Source of the DNA: an uncultured Desulfovibrio sp.
GTDB lineage: Bacteria > Desulfobacterota > Desulfovibrionia > Desulfovibrionales > Desulfovibrionaceae
DNA: 40,000 bases
Assembly (NCBI GenBank): GCA_964576895.1
Contig: CAZNXQ010000004.1
Coordinates: forward strand, 1-40,000
Reading direction: 5' to 3'
The notes beneath the pieces are model-generated. The model was not told the DNA's origin. It did not search any database and saw nothing but the letters and a program-made list of their open reading frames with translations. Position 1 is the first letter of the stretch. Each line of letters starts with the position of its first letter. Position numbers and translations under genes: made by a program. Shown piece by piece: positions 9,879 through 19,600 of the stretch.

Positions 9879-11000
9879 ATGGCAACCAAGAAGACTTCCG
9901 GAAAGGCCAAGGCCGCTCCCAGGGCTTCGGACGCCGAACCCAAAAAGACCAGGGGCGCCGTCGCCTCCGGAACAAAGGGCGGCAAGGCCGCCGCGTCCGC
10001 TGCCAAAGCCCGGCCTGAAGAGGCGCGCGCGCCGCTGACGGAAGTGAAGGACGCTCCGGTTCCGCCCGCGGAACCCGATGCCCCGGCCTCTCCGGCGGCC
10101 GCCGCGGCCGCCCCCGCGCATGCCAAGGCCGGCCCGCGCATGCCCGCGGGCATCAGCCCGCGCCCGCTCCTCGCGGGCAATCCCTATCTGCCGCAGGTGG
10201 CCACTGTGGCGGAGATCATCCAGGAAACGCGGAACATCCGCACCCTGCGCGTGGTGCTTGACGATGCCGAGGCCATGCAAAACTTCACCTTCGAGCCGGG
10301 ACAGGTGGGCCAGGTTTCGGTATTCGGCGCGGGCGAGGCGACCTTTGTCATCAATTCGCCGCCGTCCCTGAAAGACTGGCTCCAGTTTTCCGTCATGGCG
10401 GCGGGCGAGGTCACGGACGCCATCCACCGCCTTTCGCCCGGCGACAAGGTGGGCGTGCGCGCCCCCCTGGGGAATTTCTTTCCCTGGCGGGAATGGAAGG
10501 GGAAGAACGTCTTCTTCATCGGCGGCGGCATCGGCATGGCGCCCATCCGCACCATCATGCTCCACCTGCTGGAGCGCAAGGCCGACTATGGCAAAATCAG
10601 CCTGCTCTACGGCGCGCGCAGCCCGCAGGACATGGCCTACAGCTACGAGCTGGACGACTGGAAGCGGAACCCCGACCTGGACTGCACGCTCTGCATCGAC
10701 AATCCCTGCGAGGACTGGCCGCACAGGGTGGGCCTGATCCCCAAGGTGCTGGAAGAGCTTGCCCCCTCGCCGGAGAACACCGTGGCCGTGCTCTGCGGGC
10801 CGCCCATCATGATCAAATTCACGCTCCAGGCGCTGGGGAAGCTCGGCTTTGCGCCGGAAAACATCGTGACCACGCTGGAAAAGCGCATGAAATGCGGCAT
10901 CGGCATCTGCGGGCGCTGCAATATCGGCAGCCACTACGTCTGTGTGGACGGCCCGGTCTTCACCCTGAAGGAATTGCAGGCCCTGCCCCCGGATATGTGA
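9879..11000 (+). CDS. flxA: FlxA-type FAD/NAD(P)H-binding oxidoreductase with C-terminal [2Fe-2S] (AsrB/PyrK-like) and an N-terminal Lys/Ala/Pro-rich extension
   Basis: Ferredoxin-reductase-type core (..FEPGQVGQVSVFG.., FFIGGGIGMAPIRTIM, LCGPPIM) and C-terminal CGIGICGRCN..YVCVDGPVF. A strong AAGGAG lies 7 nt before the ATG at 9879. There is no SD before the internal Met at 10140, so the ~90-aa low-complexity tail looks translated. Confidence 0.75.
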   Translation: MATKKTSGKAKAAPRASDAEPKKTRGAVASGTKGGKAAASAAKARPEEARAPLTEVKDAPVPPAEPDAPASPAAAAAAPAHAKAGPRMPAGISPRPLLAGNPYLPQVATVAEIIQETRNIRTLRVVLDDAEAMQNFTFEPGQVGQVSVFGAGEATFVINSPPSLKDWLQFSVMAAGEVTDAIHRLSPGDKVGVRAPLGNFFPWREWKGKNVFFIGGGIGMAPIRTIMLHLLERKADYGKISLLYGARSPQDMAYSYELDDWKRNPDLDCTLCIDNPCEDWPHRVGLIPKVLEELAPSPENTVAVLCGPPIMIKFTLQALGKLGFAPENIVTTLEKRMKCGIGICGRCNIGSHYVCVDGPVFTLKELQALPPDM

Positions 11001-11036
11001 TCTGTCATGGCCCCGGAGCGCCGGGCGCCGTTTGCA

Positions 11037-11073
11037 GGCCGGTTTTGCGGAGGCTCCGCGAAGCCGGCCTTTT
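11037..11073 (+). terminator. Rho-independent terminator of the hdr-flx operon
   Basis: GGCCGGTTTTGCGGAG-G-CTCCGCGAAGCCGGCC forms a 16-bp stem with two G-U pairs, followed by TTTT (11070-11073). It lies 37 nt after the flxA stop. Confidence 0.65.
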
Positions 11074-11242
11074 CATGCCCGGCCCCGCGCCCGTACCGGT
11101 GGGAAAAAGGCCCTGTGGATGTCCGTGGGATGCTCGTGGCTGGAGGTCTGGCACTGGTCTTGCATACTTATGGACGTCCCCGCGCATGCGGCAAATTTGA
11201 CGCCCTCCGCCAGCGGCGGTTTTGGACCAAAGGAGAAAGACC

Positions 11243-11491
11243 ATGGAAATTTCCGGCATCCGTTCCGCGCTTCCCTTCGCCTTCCCCACGCCTGAAAAGG
11301 ACGGCGGCGACGCCGCGCCCGCCGCGGTGCGGGACATGGTTGACATCCACATGCCCAGCCTGCTGGCCGATGACGAGGTGGACGGCGTTCTGGACGAGAC
11401 CCTCGGCATGATCGCCCAGGACAATGTGGCCGCGCTTTCCGTGCATGGCGGCCTGTCTGAAAGCCGCGTCTTTGCCCTGCTCGGCATGTAG
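11243..11491 (+). CDS. Small acidic hypothetical protein (82 aa)
   Basis: AAAGGAG lies 7 nt upstream of the ATG at 11243. It occupies an otherwise empty intergenic region and is followed by a hairpin/T-run terminator. I recognise no family. Confidence 0.45.
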   Translation: MEISGIRSALPFAFPTPEKDGGDAAPAAVRDMVDIHMPSLLADDEVDGVLDETLGMIAQDNVAALSVHGGLSESRVFALLGM

Positions 11492-11571
11492 CGCCGTCCT
11501 TCCGCCCGGAGCGTTTTTGCCTTTCGGGCGCCGGGCATTTGACAGCCACAACGGCGAAAGAGTATCAGAAT

Positions 11572-11615
11572 GCCGGATCGTTCCGTCGCGGTGACGGGAC
11601 GACCGGCATTTTTTT
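11572..11615 (+). terminator. Intrinsic-terminator-like hairpin + U7 between the small ORF and tyrS
   Basis: GCCGGATCGTTCCGTC-gcggt-GACGGGACGACCGGC (one bulge, one mismatch), followed by A and seven T (11609-11615). It lies 80 nt after the small-ORF stop and 95 nt before the tyrS ATG. Confidence 0.55.
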
Positions 11616-11709
11616 CCGCCCTGTGCGACGCGGGGGCCATGCCGTCGGCCGGCCCGGCTGCCGCGACAGAGGGTTTTCGGTTCACGTCAAGACTCCGGCA
11701 GGAACGACA

Positions 11710-12906
11710 ATGACGGACATTGACCGCCAGATGGCGCTCATCCGGCGCGGCGCCGCGGAAATCATCGACGAGGACGAGCTGCGCGCCAAGCTCGGCGCGG
11801 GCCGCCCCCTGCGCGTCAAGGTGGGCTTTGACCCCACGGCGCCCGACCTGCATCTCGGCCATACGGTGGTCATGCACAAGATGCGCCACTTCCAGGAGCT
11901 GGGGCACACGGTCGTCTTTCTCATCGGCGACTTCACCGGGCGTATCGGCGACCCCACGGGCCGCAGCGAAACGCGGCCGCCGCTCACGGAAGAGCAGGTG
12001 CTCGCCAATGCCGAGACGTACAAGAGCCAGGTCTTCAAGATCCTGGACCCGGAAAAGACCGTGGTGGAATTCAATTCCCGCTGGCTCGGCGGCATGAACG
12101 CGGCGGACTTCATCCGCCTGGCCGCCAACACCACCGTGGCCCGCATGCTGGAGCGCGACGATTTTGAAAAGCGCTTCCGCGAGCAGCGGCCCATCTCCAT
12201 CCATGAATTCCTCTATCCGCTCTGCCAGGGCTATGACTCGGTGGCGCTCAGGGCGGATGTGGAAATGGGCGGCACGGACCAGAAATTCAACCTGCTCATG
12301 GGGCGCAACCTTCAGGGCCACTACGGACAGGCGGGCCAGACCATCATCACCATGCCGCTGCTGGAAGGCACGGACGGCGTGCGCAAGATGTCCAAGTCCT
12401 ACGGCAACTATGTGGGCATCAGCGAGGCGCCGGAGCAGATGTTCGGCAAGCTCATGGCCATTTCCGACGAGCTCATGTGGCGGTATTACGAGCTGCTGTC
12501 GGCCCGGAGCCTGGAGGAGATCGCCGGGCTGCGCGCCCGTGTGGAGGACGGAAGCCTCCACCCCAAGGCGGCCAAGGAAGACCTTGCCGCCGAAATGGTG
12601 GCCCGCTATCACGGCGAGGACGCGGCGAAAGACGCCCGGCAGGGCTTCAACGCCGTTTTTGCCGGCGGCTCCTTCCCTGAGGACGCGCCCGTCCATGCCT
12701 GCGACGCGGGGGAGGCCAGCGCGCCCGTTGCCGTTCTTGAGGCCGCGGGCCTGGTCAAAAGCCGCGCCGAGGCCAAGCGCCTGGTGAAGGAAGGGGCGCT
12801 GAGCATCAACGGCCAGCGCTGCGGCGACGCTGCCGCGCCGCTGGCCCCCGGCAGTTACGAGATCCGGCTCGGCAAGAAACGCTTTCTCAGGCTCACGGTG
12901 CGCTGA
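11710..12906 (+). CDS. tyrS: Tyrosine--tRNA ligase (with C-terminal S4-like domain)
   Basis: Class-I HIGH motif (PDLHLGH), KMSKS present literally ([14 protein letters not shown]), [12 protein letters not shown], and a C-terminal S4-like segment ([19 protein letters not shown]). ATG at 11710. Confidence 0.92.
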   Translation: MTDIDRQMALIRRGAAEIIDEDELRAKLGAGRPLRVKVGFDPTAPDLHLGHTVVMHKMRHFQELGHTVVFLIGDFTGRIGDPTGRSETRPPLTEEQVLANAETYKSQVFKILDPEKTVVEFNSRWLGGMNAADFIRLAANTTVARMLERDDFEKRFREQRPISIHEFLYPLCQGYDSVALRADVEMGGTDQKFNLLMGRNLQGHYGQAGQTIITMPLLEGTDGVRKMSKSYGNYVGISEAPEQMFGKLMAISDELMWRYYELLSARSLEEIAGLRARVEDGSLHPKAAKEDLAAEMVARYHGEDAAKDARQGFNAVFAGGSFPEDAPVHACDAGEASAPVAVLEAAGLVKSRAEAKRLVKEGALSINGQRCGDAAAPLAPGSYEIRLGKKRFLRLTVR

Positions 12907-12976
12907 CGGGCATGGGGCCGCATGCCGGCCCGTGCCGATGGCGGCGTTTGCGCGCAGACTCTGGGCGGAGGACAGG

Positions 12977-14239
12977 ATGCACAAGCTCTATGTGGCCATG
13001 GTCGGTCTGCCGGGACGGGGAAAATCCACCATGGCGCGCCGCATCCGCGACGGGCTCCTGGCGGAAGGCATTGCGGCCAAAATTTTCAATAACGGCGACG
13101 TGCGCCGCCAGCTTCTGGGCTCGGAATCCACGGAGCCGGATTTCTACAATCCGGACAACAGCTTCGGCCGTCAGGCGCGGGAGCTCATCTGCCGCCGCAA
13201 TCTGGAAGAGGCGCAGACATGGATGGCCGGGGAAGGCGAGGTGGCCATCCTCGACGCCACCAACGCCAGCCGCGCCCGGCGCCAGTTCATCGAGGCCACG
13301 CTCAGGGACCATCCCGTCCTCTTTCTGGAGTGCGTCAACGAGGACCCGCTCCTGCTCAACGCCTGCATCCGCCGCAAGGCCGATCTGCCCGAATACGCGG
13401 CTTACAGCAAGGAAGAGGCGCTGGCGAGCTTCATGAAGCGCATCGAGTATTACGAGACCATCTACGATCCGCTTTCGGACGAGCACTACTGGATGTGCGT
13501 GGACTCCACGGCCAACCGCGTCCTGGCCGAGCACCCGTGCGAAAGTTCGCCCTTTTACGCGGCCATCCGCGAGATCGTGGTCAGCGTGTGGACGCCGTGC
13601 CTCTATCTCGCCCGCCACGGCCAGACCGAGTTCAACGTTCAGGGCCGCATCGGCGGCGACCCGCCGCTCACTGCCAAGGGGCGCGCCCAGGCGCTGGCGC
13701 TGGCGCAACACATGGAGGGCAAACCCATCGACTGGGTGTTCACCTCCACGCGCATGCGCGCCCACGAAACCGCGGCGCCGCTGCTGGAACGGCACCCGGA
13801 AGCCCATGTCATGGCGCTGCGGGAATTTGACGAGATCTGGGCGGGCGATTGCGAAAACATGCTCTATTCCGAGATCCGTGAGAAAATGCCCGAAGTCACG
13901 GCGGCCCGCAACGCGGACAAATACAGCTACGCCTACCCCAACGGCGAAAGTTACGCCATCCTGCGTGAGCGCGTGCAGCGCGGCCTCAGGCGGGCGCTCT
14001 TTCTCGCGGGCGACCAGCCGCTGCTCATCCTCGGCCATCAGGCCATCAACCGCGTCCTCATCTCGCTCTTTCTGCGCCAGCGCACCGAGGATGTGCCCTA
14101 TATCCACATCCCGCAGAACCAGTATTTCCACATCGCGCTCACGCCGCACCGCAAGCTCTTTGAGCGCGTTCCCTATGAGGGCATCGGCGCGCCCGCCGAC
14201 AAGGACACCGCGCTCAAGGACCCGCAGATCTACGCCTGA
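12977..14239 (+). CDS. 6-phosphofructo-2-kinase / fructose-2,6-bisphosphatase-like bifunctional protein
   Basis: N-terminal half: P-loop VGLPGRGKST, FNNGDVRR, AILDATNASRARR, FLECVNEDP. C-terminal half: histidine-phosphatase RHG motif (YLARHGQTEFN..GRIGGDPPLT), a second His in LILGHQAINR, and a catalytic-Glu context WAGDCENMLYSEI. GGAGG lies 5 nt before the ATG at 12977. Confidence 0.8.
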   Translation: MHKLYVAMVGLPGRGKSTMARRIRDGLLAEGIAAKIFNNGDVRRQLLGSESTEPDFYNPDNSFGRQARELICRRNLEEAQTWMAGEGEVAILDATNASRARRQFIEATLRDHPVLFLECVNEDPLLLNACIRRKADLPEYAAYSKEEALASFMKRIEYYETIYDPLSDEHYWMCVDSTANRVLAEHPCESSPFYAAIREIVVSVWTPCLYLARHGQTEFNVQGRIGGDPPLTAKGRAQALALAQHMEGKPIDWVFTSTRMRAHETAAPLLERHPEAHVMALREFDEIWAGDCENMLYSEIREKMPEVTAARNADKYSYAYPNGESYAILRERVQRGLRRALFLAGDQPLLILGHQAINRVLISLFLRQRTEDVPYIHIPQNQYFHIALTPHRKLFERVPYEGIGAPADKDTALKDPQIYA

Positions 14240-14389
14240 GCGCCCCGGCCGGCAGCCTCGCATGGCCGCTCCAGTCCGGAGGCGCGTGTCTTTGCGTGGA
14301 ACAGCGACGGAGTGGGAGGCGGATTTCCTGCCTGGCGGGAACGCGAAAGATCCTGAACAGAAGTTTTCCGGTTGTCCGGGAATGATGCG

Positions 14390-15220
14390 CTATGGATGTT
14401 CATTAATCTTCATGCAGTATTTCAGTACACATTTTTCTGTTGTTCCGCAAATGATATACGATGCCATGTCGTAGCCGTAACAATCCCCTGTTGGCGTTAA
14501 TCCATTTCTGGCAAACTCCGCAAAAAAGGTGTTGGCGAACGCCCGATGGCTTGGGCCATCGCCCTGATGCATTGCCACAAGATAGCGCCCTGCCGGTTTT
14601 CTGTGCAGCATTTCGGCCGGGGTGTCGTTTCCTGCCCGGCTGAAGTACGCGGTTTCACTGTAGTTTCCCTGTGAAAGTCCGTTCCCGTCAATGACCAGTC
14701 CCACGGGAAGTTCAGGATAGCGCTCCTGTTCCGCATAGTGATTCAGGTACGCGGCATACGCCGCTATGTACTCGCCATCGTTGCACGGTGGCGCCTCATT
14801 GGCTGATGGCAGAGCCTCAAGGAGTTCCTCCGGCATTTCTACGATTTCAAACCGGTCGTAGGCGCAGGAGAGCGCATGGGTTATTTGTGCAAGCAGTTCG
14901 CCGATGAAACGTTCACGAAAGGTTAATCGCAACAATTCCCGTCTGAGGGATTCCCTCTTCTCCAGAAGCAGAGCAACCGTCTTTTCTGCATCAGGGCATG
15001 TCTTGTGGCGCTTGATTTCCCCAAGCGAGGCGCCCGCATCTTTCAGCATGGAAATCATGTCGAAATCAAGGAACTGCTCCAGGCCATAACGGCGGTAGCC
15101 ATTGGCGGCGACGTGCCGGGGCTTGAGGAGCCCCAGCTGGTCATAATGGAACAGTGTTGCCTTGGTCGTTTTGCACAGCCTGGCGAACTGGCCGGTGGTG
15201 AACAATCTTTTGGGATCCAT
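14390..15220 (-). CDS. MerR-family transcriptional regulator with C-terminal GyrI-like effector-binding domain (BmrR-like)
   Basis: N-terminal MerR HTH (FTTGQFARLCKTTKATLFHYDQLGLLKP..NGYRRY), a coiled-coil linker, and a C-terminal ~150 aa GyrI-like segment (GRYLVAMHQGDGPSH..). Visibly lower G+C than its neighbours. Confidence 0.85.
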   Translation of the reverse strand: MDPKRLFTTGQFARLCKTTKATLFHYDQLGLLKPRHVAANGYRRYGLEQFLDFDMISMLKDAGASLGEIKRHKTCPDAEKTVALLLEKRESLRRELLRLTFRERFIGELLAQITHALSCAYDRFEIVEMPEELLEALPSANEAPPCNDGEYIAAYAAYLNHYAEQERYPELPVGLVIDGNGLSQGNYSETAYFSRAGNDTPAEMLHRKPAGRYLVAMHQGDGPSHRAFANTFFAEFARNGLTPTGDCYGYDMASYIICGTTEKCVLKYCMKINEHP

Positions 15221-15230
15221 CGGAAAGCTC

Positions 15231-15261
15231 TTGACTCTAAGGTTACCTGATACTTTATGCT
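15231..15261 (+). promoter_or_regulatory. MerR-type promoter (19-bp spacer) for the efflux operon
   Basis: TTGACT (15231-15236), a 19-nt spacer, then TATGCT (15256-15261). The spacer contains the dyad AGGT-T-ACCT (15240-15248). It lies in the 90-bp divergent intergenic region between the MerR gene and the MFP gene. Confidence 0.5.
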
Positions 15262-15310
15262 ATCCCCACTGTATCGATTTTTCAAGCCACGCTGAACAAG
15301 GAGCCGACCC

Positions 15311-16531
15311 GTGCGTTGCCGCAGTCAGGTGTTCCGGACGCGCATAACGAAGTTTCCCGGAGGCGGCATCCTCCTTCTCCTGATGCTTGTCCTGGCTGGG
15401 TGCGGCGGCGGGGAACAGGCGGAAAAGGCCCGTGAGACGCTGGTCTACACAGAGGTGCGGCCTGTGCCCGTGACGCTCACGAGCAGGCTGCCGGGCAGGG
15501 TGTCCGCGCGCGTGGTTTCCGAGGTGCGGCCCCAGGTGAACGGCATCATCCAGAAAAGGCTCTTTGCCGAGGGGACGGATGTGGCGCAGGGGCAGCCGCT
15601 GTATCAGATAGACCCGGCCCTCTACAGGGCGGCGTTGAAGACCGCCCGCGCCCTGCTGGCGGAAACCGAGGCCAGGATAGAGGAGCTCGCGGCCCGGAAG
15701 CGGCGCCGCGAAAACCTGGTCAGGGCCAAGGCCGTGAGCAGGCAGGATCTGGAAACTGCCGTTTCCGAATATGCCCAGGCGCTCGCGCAGCGGGACAAGG
15801 CCAGGGCCGAGGTGGAAACGGCGGCCATCAATCTTGACTATACCACAATCAAGGCCCCGGTGGCGGGCCGCATAGGCCCTTCCCGCGTGACCGAGGGGGC
15901 GCTGGTCACGGCAAATCAGGCGGAGCCGCTGGCAAAAATCCAGCAGACCGGCACGGTCTATGTGGATATCAGCCAGTCCAGCGCCCATATCCTGCGCTTG
16001 CGGCGCGCCTTGGCAAGCGGGGGACGCCGCGGCGGGGAAGCGCCGGTGCATCTCATCCTGGAAGACGGCGCCCCGTACACGAACGCCGACGGAAGCCCCG
16101 TGGCGGGGCGTCTGCTTCTGTCGGACATTTCCGTTGACAGGGAAACCGGCAGCGTGACCCTGCGCGCGCTGTTTCCCAATCCCGATGGGCTGCTCCTGCC
16201 CGGCATGTATGTCTCCGCGCTCGTGGGCGAAGGCGAAAGACCGGCGCTGCTTGTGCCGCAGCGCAGCGTATTTCTGGACAGCGGGGGCGGCCATCAGGTC
16301 TGTGTGCTCAGACGCGATCCGCAAAACGCGGGAGAATTCTTCGTCGAGAAGCGCGACGTGGACATCGAAAGGGCGCATGGCACGCACTGGATCATCAGAA
16401 GCGGGCTGGAACCGGGAGATCTGGTGGTGGTGGAAGGGCTGCAAAAAGCCCGTGCAGGGAACAGGGTGCGCGGCCGCGTGTGGGATGGCGCGCCGCAAGG
16501 CACAGTCTGGCTCAGGGAAGAGGAACGCTAG
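15311..16531 (+). CDS. RND efflux membrane-fusion (periplasmic adaptor) lipoprotein, AcrA/MexA family
   Basis: Lipoprotein signal with lipobox LLMLVLAGC, and adaptor signatures (YQIDPALYRAAL.., LDYTTIKAPVAGRIG). GTG start at 15311; the start is uncertain. Confidence 0.85.
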   Translation: MRCRSQVFRTRITKFPGGGILLLLMLVLAGCGGGEQAEKARETLVYTEVRPVPVTLTSRLPGRVSARVVSEVRPQVNGIIQKRLFAEGTDVAQGQPLYQIDPALYRAALKTARALLAETEARIEELAARKRRRENLVRAKAVSRQDLETAVSEYAQALAQRDKARAEVETAAINLDYTTIKAPVAGRIGPSRVTEGALVTANQAEPLAKIQQTGTVYVDISQSSAHILRLRRALASGGRRGGEAPVHLILEDGAPYTNADGSPVAGRLLLSDISVDRETGSVTLRALFPNPDGLLLPGMYVSALVGEGERPALLVPQRSVFLDSGGGHQVCVLRRDPQNAGEFFVEKRDVDIERAHGTHWIIRSGLEPGDLVVVEGLQKARAGNRVRGRVWDGAPQGTVWLREEER

Positions 16532-16680
16532 ACGCCAACCCGTTTCACGGGAAAGGCCGCCTCCGTCAGTGAAGGCGCGCGACGCGGGGGAAGAGCGTCG
16601 GGGAGGCGCCGGAAGCCATATTCTCCACGAGGGGTGTTTTTCCTCCAGCCCTTGGACTGGAGGGGAAATTGAGGTGCTGT

Positions 16681-19600
16681 ATGGCCGAGTTTTTCATCGA
16701 TCGTCCCATTTTCGCCTGGGTCATCGCCATCCTCATCATGCTTGCCGGCGCCATCTGCCTGCGCAGTCTGCCGGTGGCGCAGTATCCGGAGATCGCTCTG
16801 CCCCAGATAGGCATTTACGGAACCTATCCGGGCGCGGCCGCAAAAACCGTTGACCAGAGCGTGGTGCAGGTCATCGAGCAGCAGATGAACGGCATTGACC
16901 ATCTGATCCATATGCGGTCAAGCAGCGATTCCAGCGGCAACATTGAAATGTTCTTCACCTTCGCATCCGGGACGGACAGCGATGCCGCCCAGGTGCAGGT
17001 GCAGAACCGGCTGCAGCAGGCCATGCCCCAGTTGCCGGAAGCCGTGCAGCGCCAGGGTATCCAGGTCTACAAGGCGGTGGAAAACTCGTTCATGGTCATC
17101 GCCTTTTATGCGGACGATGCGTCCATAAGCTCGGATACCATCAGCGATTATGTGGCCAGCAATGTGCGCGAAGCCCTGGGCCGCGTGCAGGGCGTCGGCT
17201 CAACAACGCTGTATGGCGGCCAGAACGCCATGCGGATCTGGCTGGATCCAGAAAAAATGCGTCAGTTTGCGCTCAATCCCCAGGATATTTCCCAGGCGGT
17301 GCGGGAACAGAACGCGCAGGTGACGGGCGGCCAGGTCGGGGGGGCGCCCGCGCCGTCCGGACAGGAAGTGAGCTATACCGTCAATGCGGCCTCCCGGCTG
17401 GAAACGGTGGAGGACTTTGCGAACATTCGTCTGAAAATTCTGGAAAACGGTTCCGTGCTGCGCCTTCGCGATGTGGCCAGGGTCGAGCTGGGCAGCGAAA
17501 ATTTTACGGGAGGCACCTGGTATAACGGCCATCCGGGCGTGGGGCTGGCCATCAAGCTGGCTACCGGGGCCAACGTGATTGAGGCTACGAAAAATATCAA
17601 GGCGGAAATGAAGGAGCTTTCCCGGTTTTTTCCTCCCTGGCTCAGATATGCGTACGCCGACGACCGCGCGCCCATCGTCGAGAAATCCATCGCCGCCGTG
17701 CAGCGCACGCTGGTGGAAGCCATCGTGCTGGTGGTCGCCGTCATGTTCGTCTTCCTGCAGAACTTCCGGGCGACGGTCATCCCCACCATCACTGTTCCCG
17801 TGGTGGTGCTGCTGCTGGGGGTCTTTGCCGTGCTTCAGGCGGCGGGTTTTTCCATCAATACCCTGACCATGTTCGGGCTTGTGCTGGCCATCGGTCTGCT
17901 GGTGGACGACGCCATCGTGGTGGTGGAAAATGTGGAGCGCCTGATGCTGGTGGAAAGGCTTTCGCCGAGGGAAGCCGCGGTAAGGTCCATGCGCCAGATC
18001 ACCGGCGCGCTCATCGGCGTGGCGGCCGTCATTTCTGCGGTTTTTGTGCCCATGGCCTTTATGGGCGGCTCCACCGGCGTCATTTATCGCCAGTTTTCCC
18101 TGACCATCGTCAGCGCCATGCTGCTTTCGGTCATCGTGGCCATTGTGCTGACTCCGGCCCTGTGCGCCACCATGCTCGACGCGCGGGCGCATGCCTGCCG
18201 CAACGGCGTCTTCGGCGCGTTCAACGAACTGCTGGACAGATCCACGCGCAGGTATGTCATCGGAGTCAGGCGGATGTTCAGAGCCAGGAAACGCTGGCTG
18301 GCGGCCTATGCCCTGCTTGTGGCCGTGAGCGGCGCACTTTTTCTGCAACTGCCGTCCGCCTTTCTGCCCGACGAGGATCAGAGGCTGCTGCTGGTGGATG
18401 TGCAGTTGCCGCCGGGCGCCACTTTCGAGCGCACCGAGCGGATCCTTGCGGAAATCGACGCCTGGTTTCGCACAGAGGAAAACGATGCCGTAAAAAGCGT
18501 GCTGACCGTTATGGGCTGGGGATTCAGCGGAACAGGACAAAACTCCGCCATGGTCATCCCCATGCTCAGGGACTGGAGCGAACGCGGAAGCAGCCAGAGC
18601 GCCTTTGCCGTCAGGGAGCGTGCGGCCGAGCGTTTGAGCGCCATACCCGGCGCGGAGATCTTCGTGCTCACGCCGCCGGCCGTGCTTGAGCTTGGCAATT
18701 CCTCAGGGTTTGAGCTGGAACTCATGGACAGGGGAAATCTTGGTCATGCAGCCTTGCTGGCGGCCAGGGAGCAACTGCTGGCCGGGGCGTCCCGGCGCCC
18801 GGAAATCGCCTCCGCCAGATACAGCGGCATGGAGGATTCGGAACAGTACGAGCTCGCCATCGACACGGACAAGGCCGGCGCCTTTCATTTAAGCAAGGGC
18901 GACATCAACGGGGCGATTTCCGGCTACTGGGGCAGCGAGTACATCAATGATTTTTCGGACAAGGGCAGGACGAAAAAGGTCTTCATGCAGGCGGCGCCGG
19001 AATTTCGCACGAACATACAGGATTTTGAGCGGTACTATCTGCGGAATGGCAGAGGAGAAATGGTGCCGTTCCGGAATTTCCTCACGGCCCGTTCCCTCAT
19101 GGCCTCGCCCAAGCTGACCCGTTTTCAGGGGCTGCCTTCCCTGAAAATAGAAGGCGAGGCCGCGCCGGGAAAAAGCTCAGGGCAGGCCATGGACGCCATG
19201 GCCCAGGCGGCCGGAGAACTGCCGGAAGGATTCGGCTTCGCCTGGACAGGCCTTTCCTGGCAGGAGATGACGAGCGGGCAGCAGGCGCCGTTCCTCTATC
19301 TGCTGTCGCTGCTCGCCATCTTTCTCTGCCTGGCGGCCCTGTATGAAAGCTGGAGCGTGCCGCTGGCGGTGCTGCTGACGGCCCCCACGGGGATCATCGG
19401 GGCCGTTGCCGGGATGTATCTTCGCGGCATGAACAACGATATATATTTTCAGATCGCCATCCTGACCATTATCGGGCTTTCGGCAAAGAATGCGATCCTG
19501 ATCGTGGAGTTCGCCAGACAACTGCATAAAGGCGGCGAAGATCTTATCCGGGCCACGGCGGAAGCCTGCAGGCTTCGCTTGCGGCCCATCCTGATGACGT

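Noticed and set aside
7311-10934. Long antisense ORFs 7311-8732(-), 8705-10180(-) and 9534-10934(-). Analogous ORFs elsewhere are 157-1080, 492-1640, 2182-3150, 4400-5245, 5257-5967, 6364-7263, 12893-14263, 15260-16498, 17200-18540, 19906-21396, 31614-32618, 32386-33600, 33807-34952, 35010-36809, 36935-37573 and 37570-38595.
   Set aside because: Each overlaps a confidently identified gene on the other strand or frame. Each has the Arg/Ala/Gly/Pro-dominated composition expected from stop-codon-poor high-G+C DNA. None shows family motifs.
11490-11710. A T-box riboswitch upstream of tyrS.
   Set aside because: The leader is at most ~170 nt. I could not find the conserved T-box sequence (AAUUAGGGUGGUACCGCG-like) or a stem-I/specifier architecture. 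Only a single terminator-like hairpin is present.
11005-12984. A 659-aa ORF on the minus strand spanning the tyrS region.
   Set aside because: It is antisense to tyrS, which has unambiguous HIGH/KMSKS motifs. The product is Arg/Ala/Gly/Pro-rich with no recognisable domain, which is the typical GC-driven shadow ORF.
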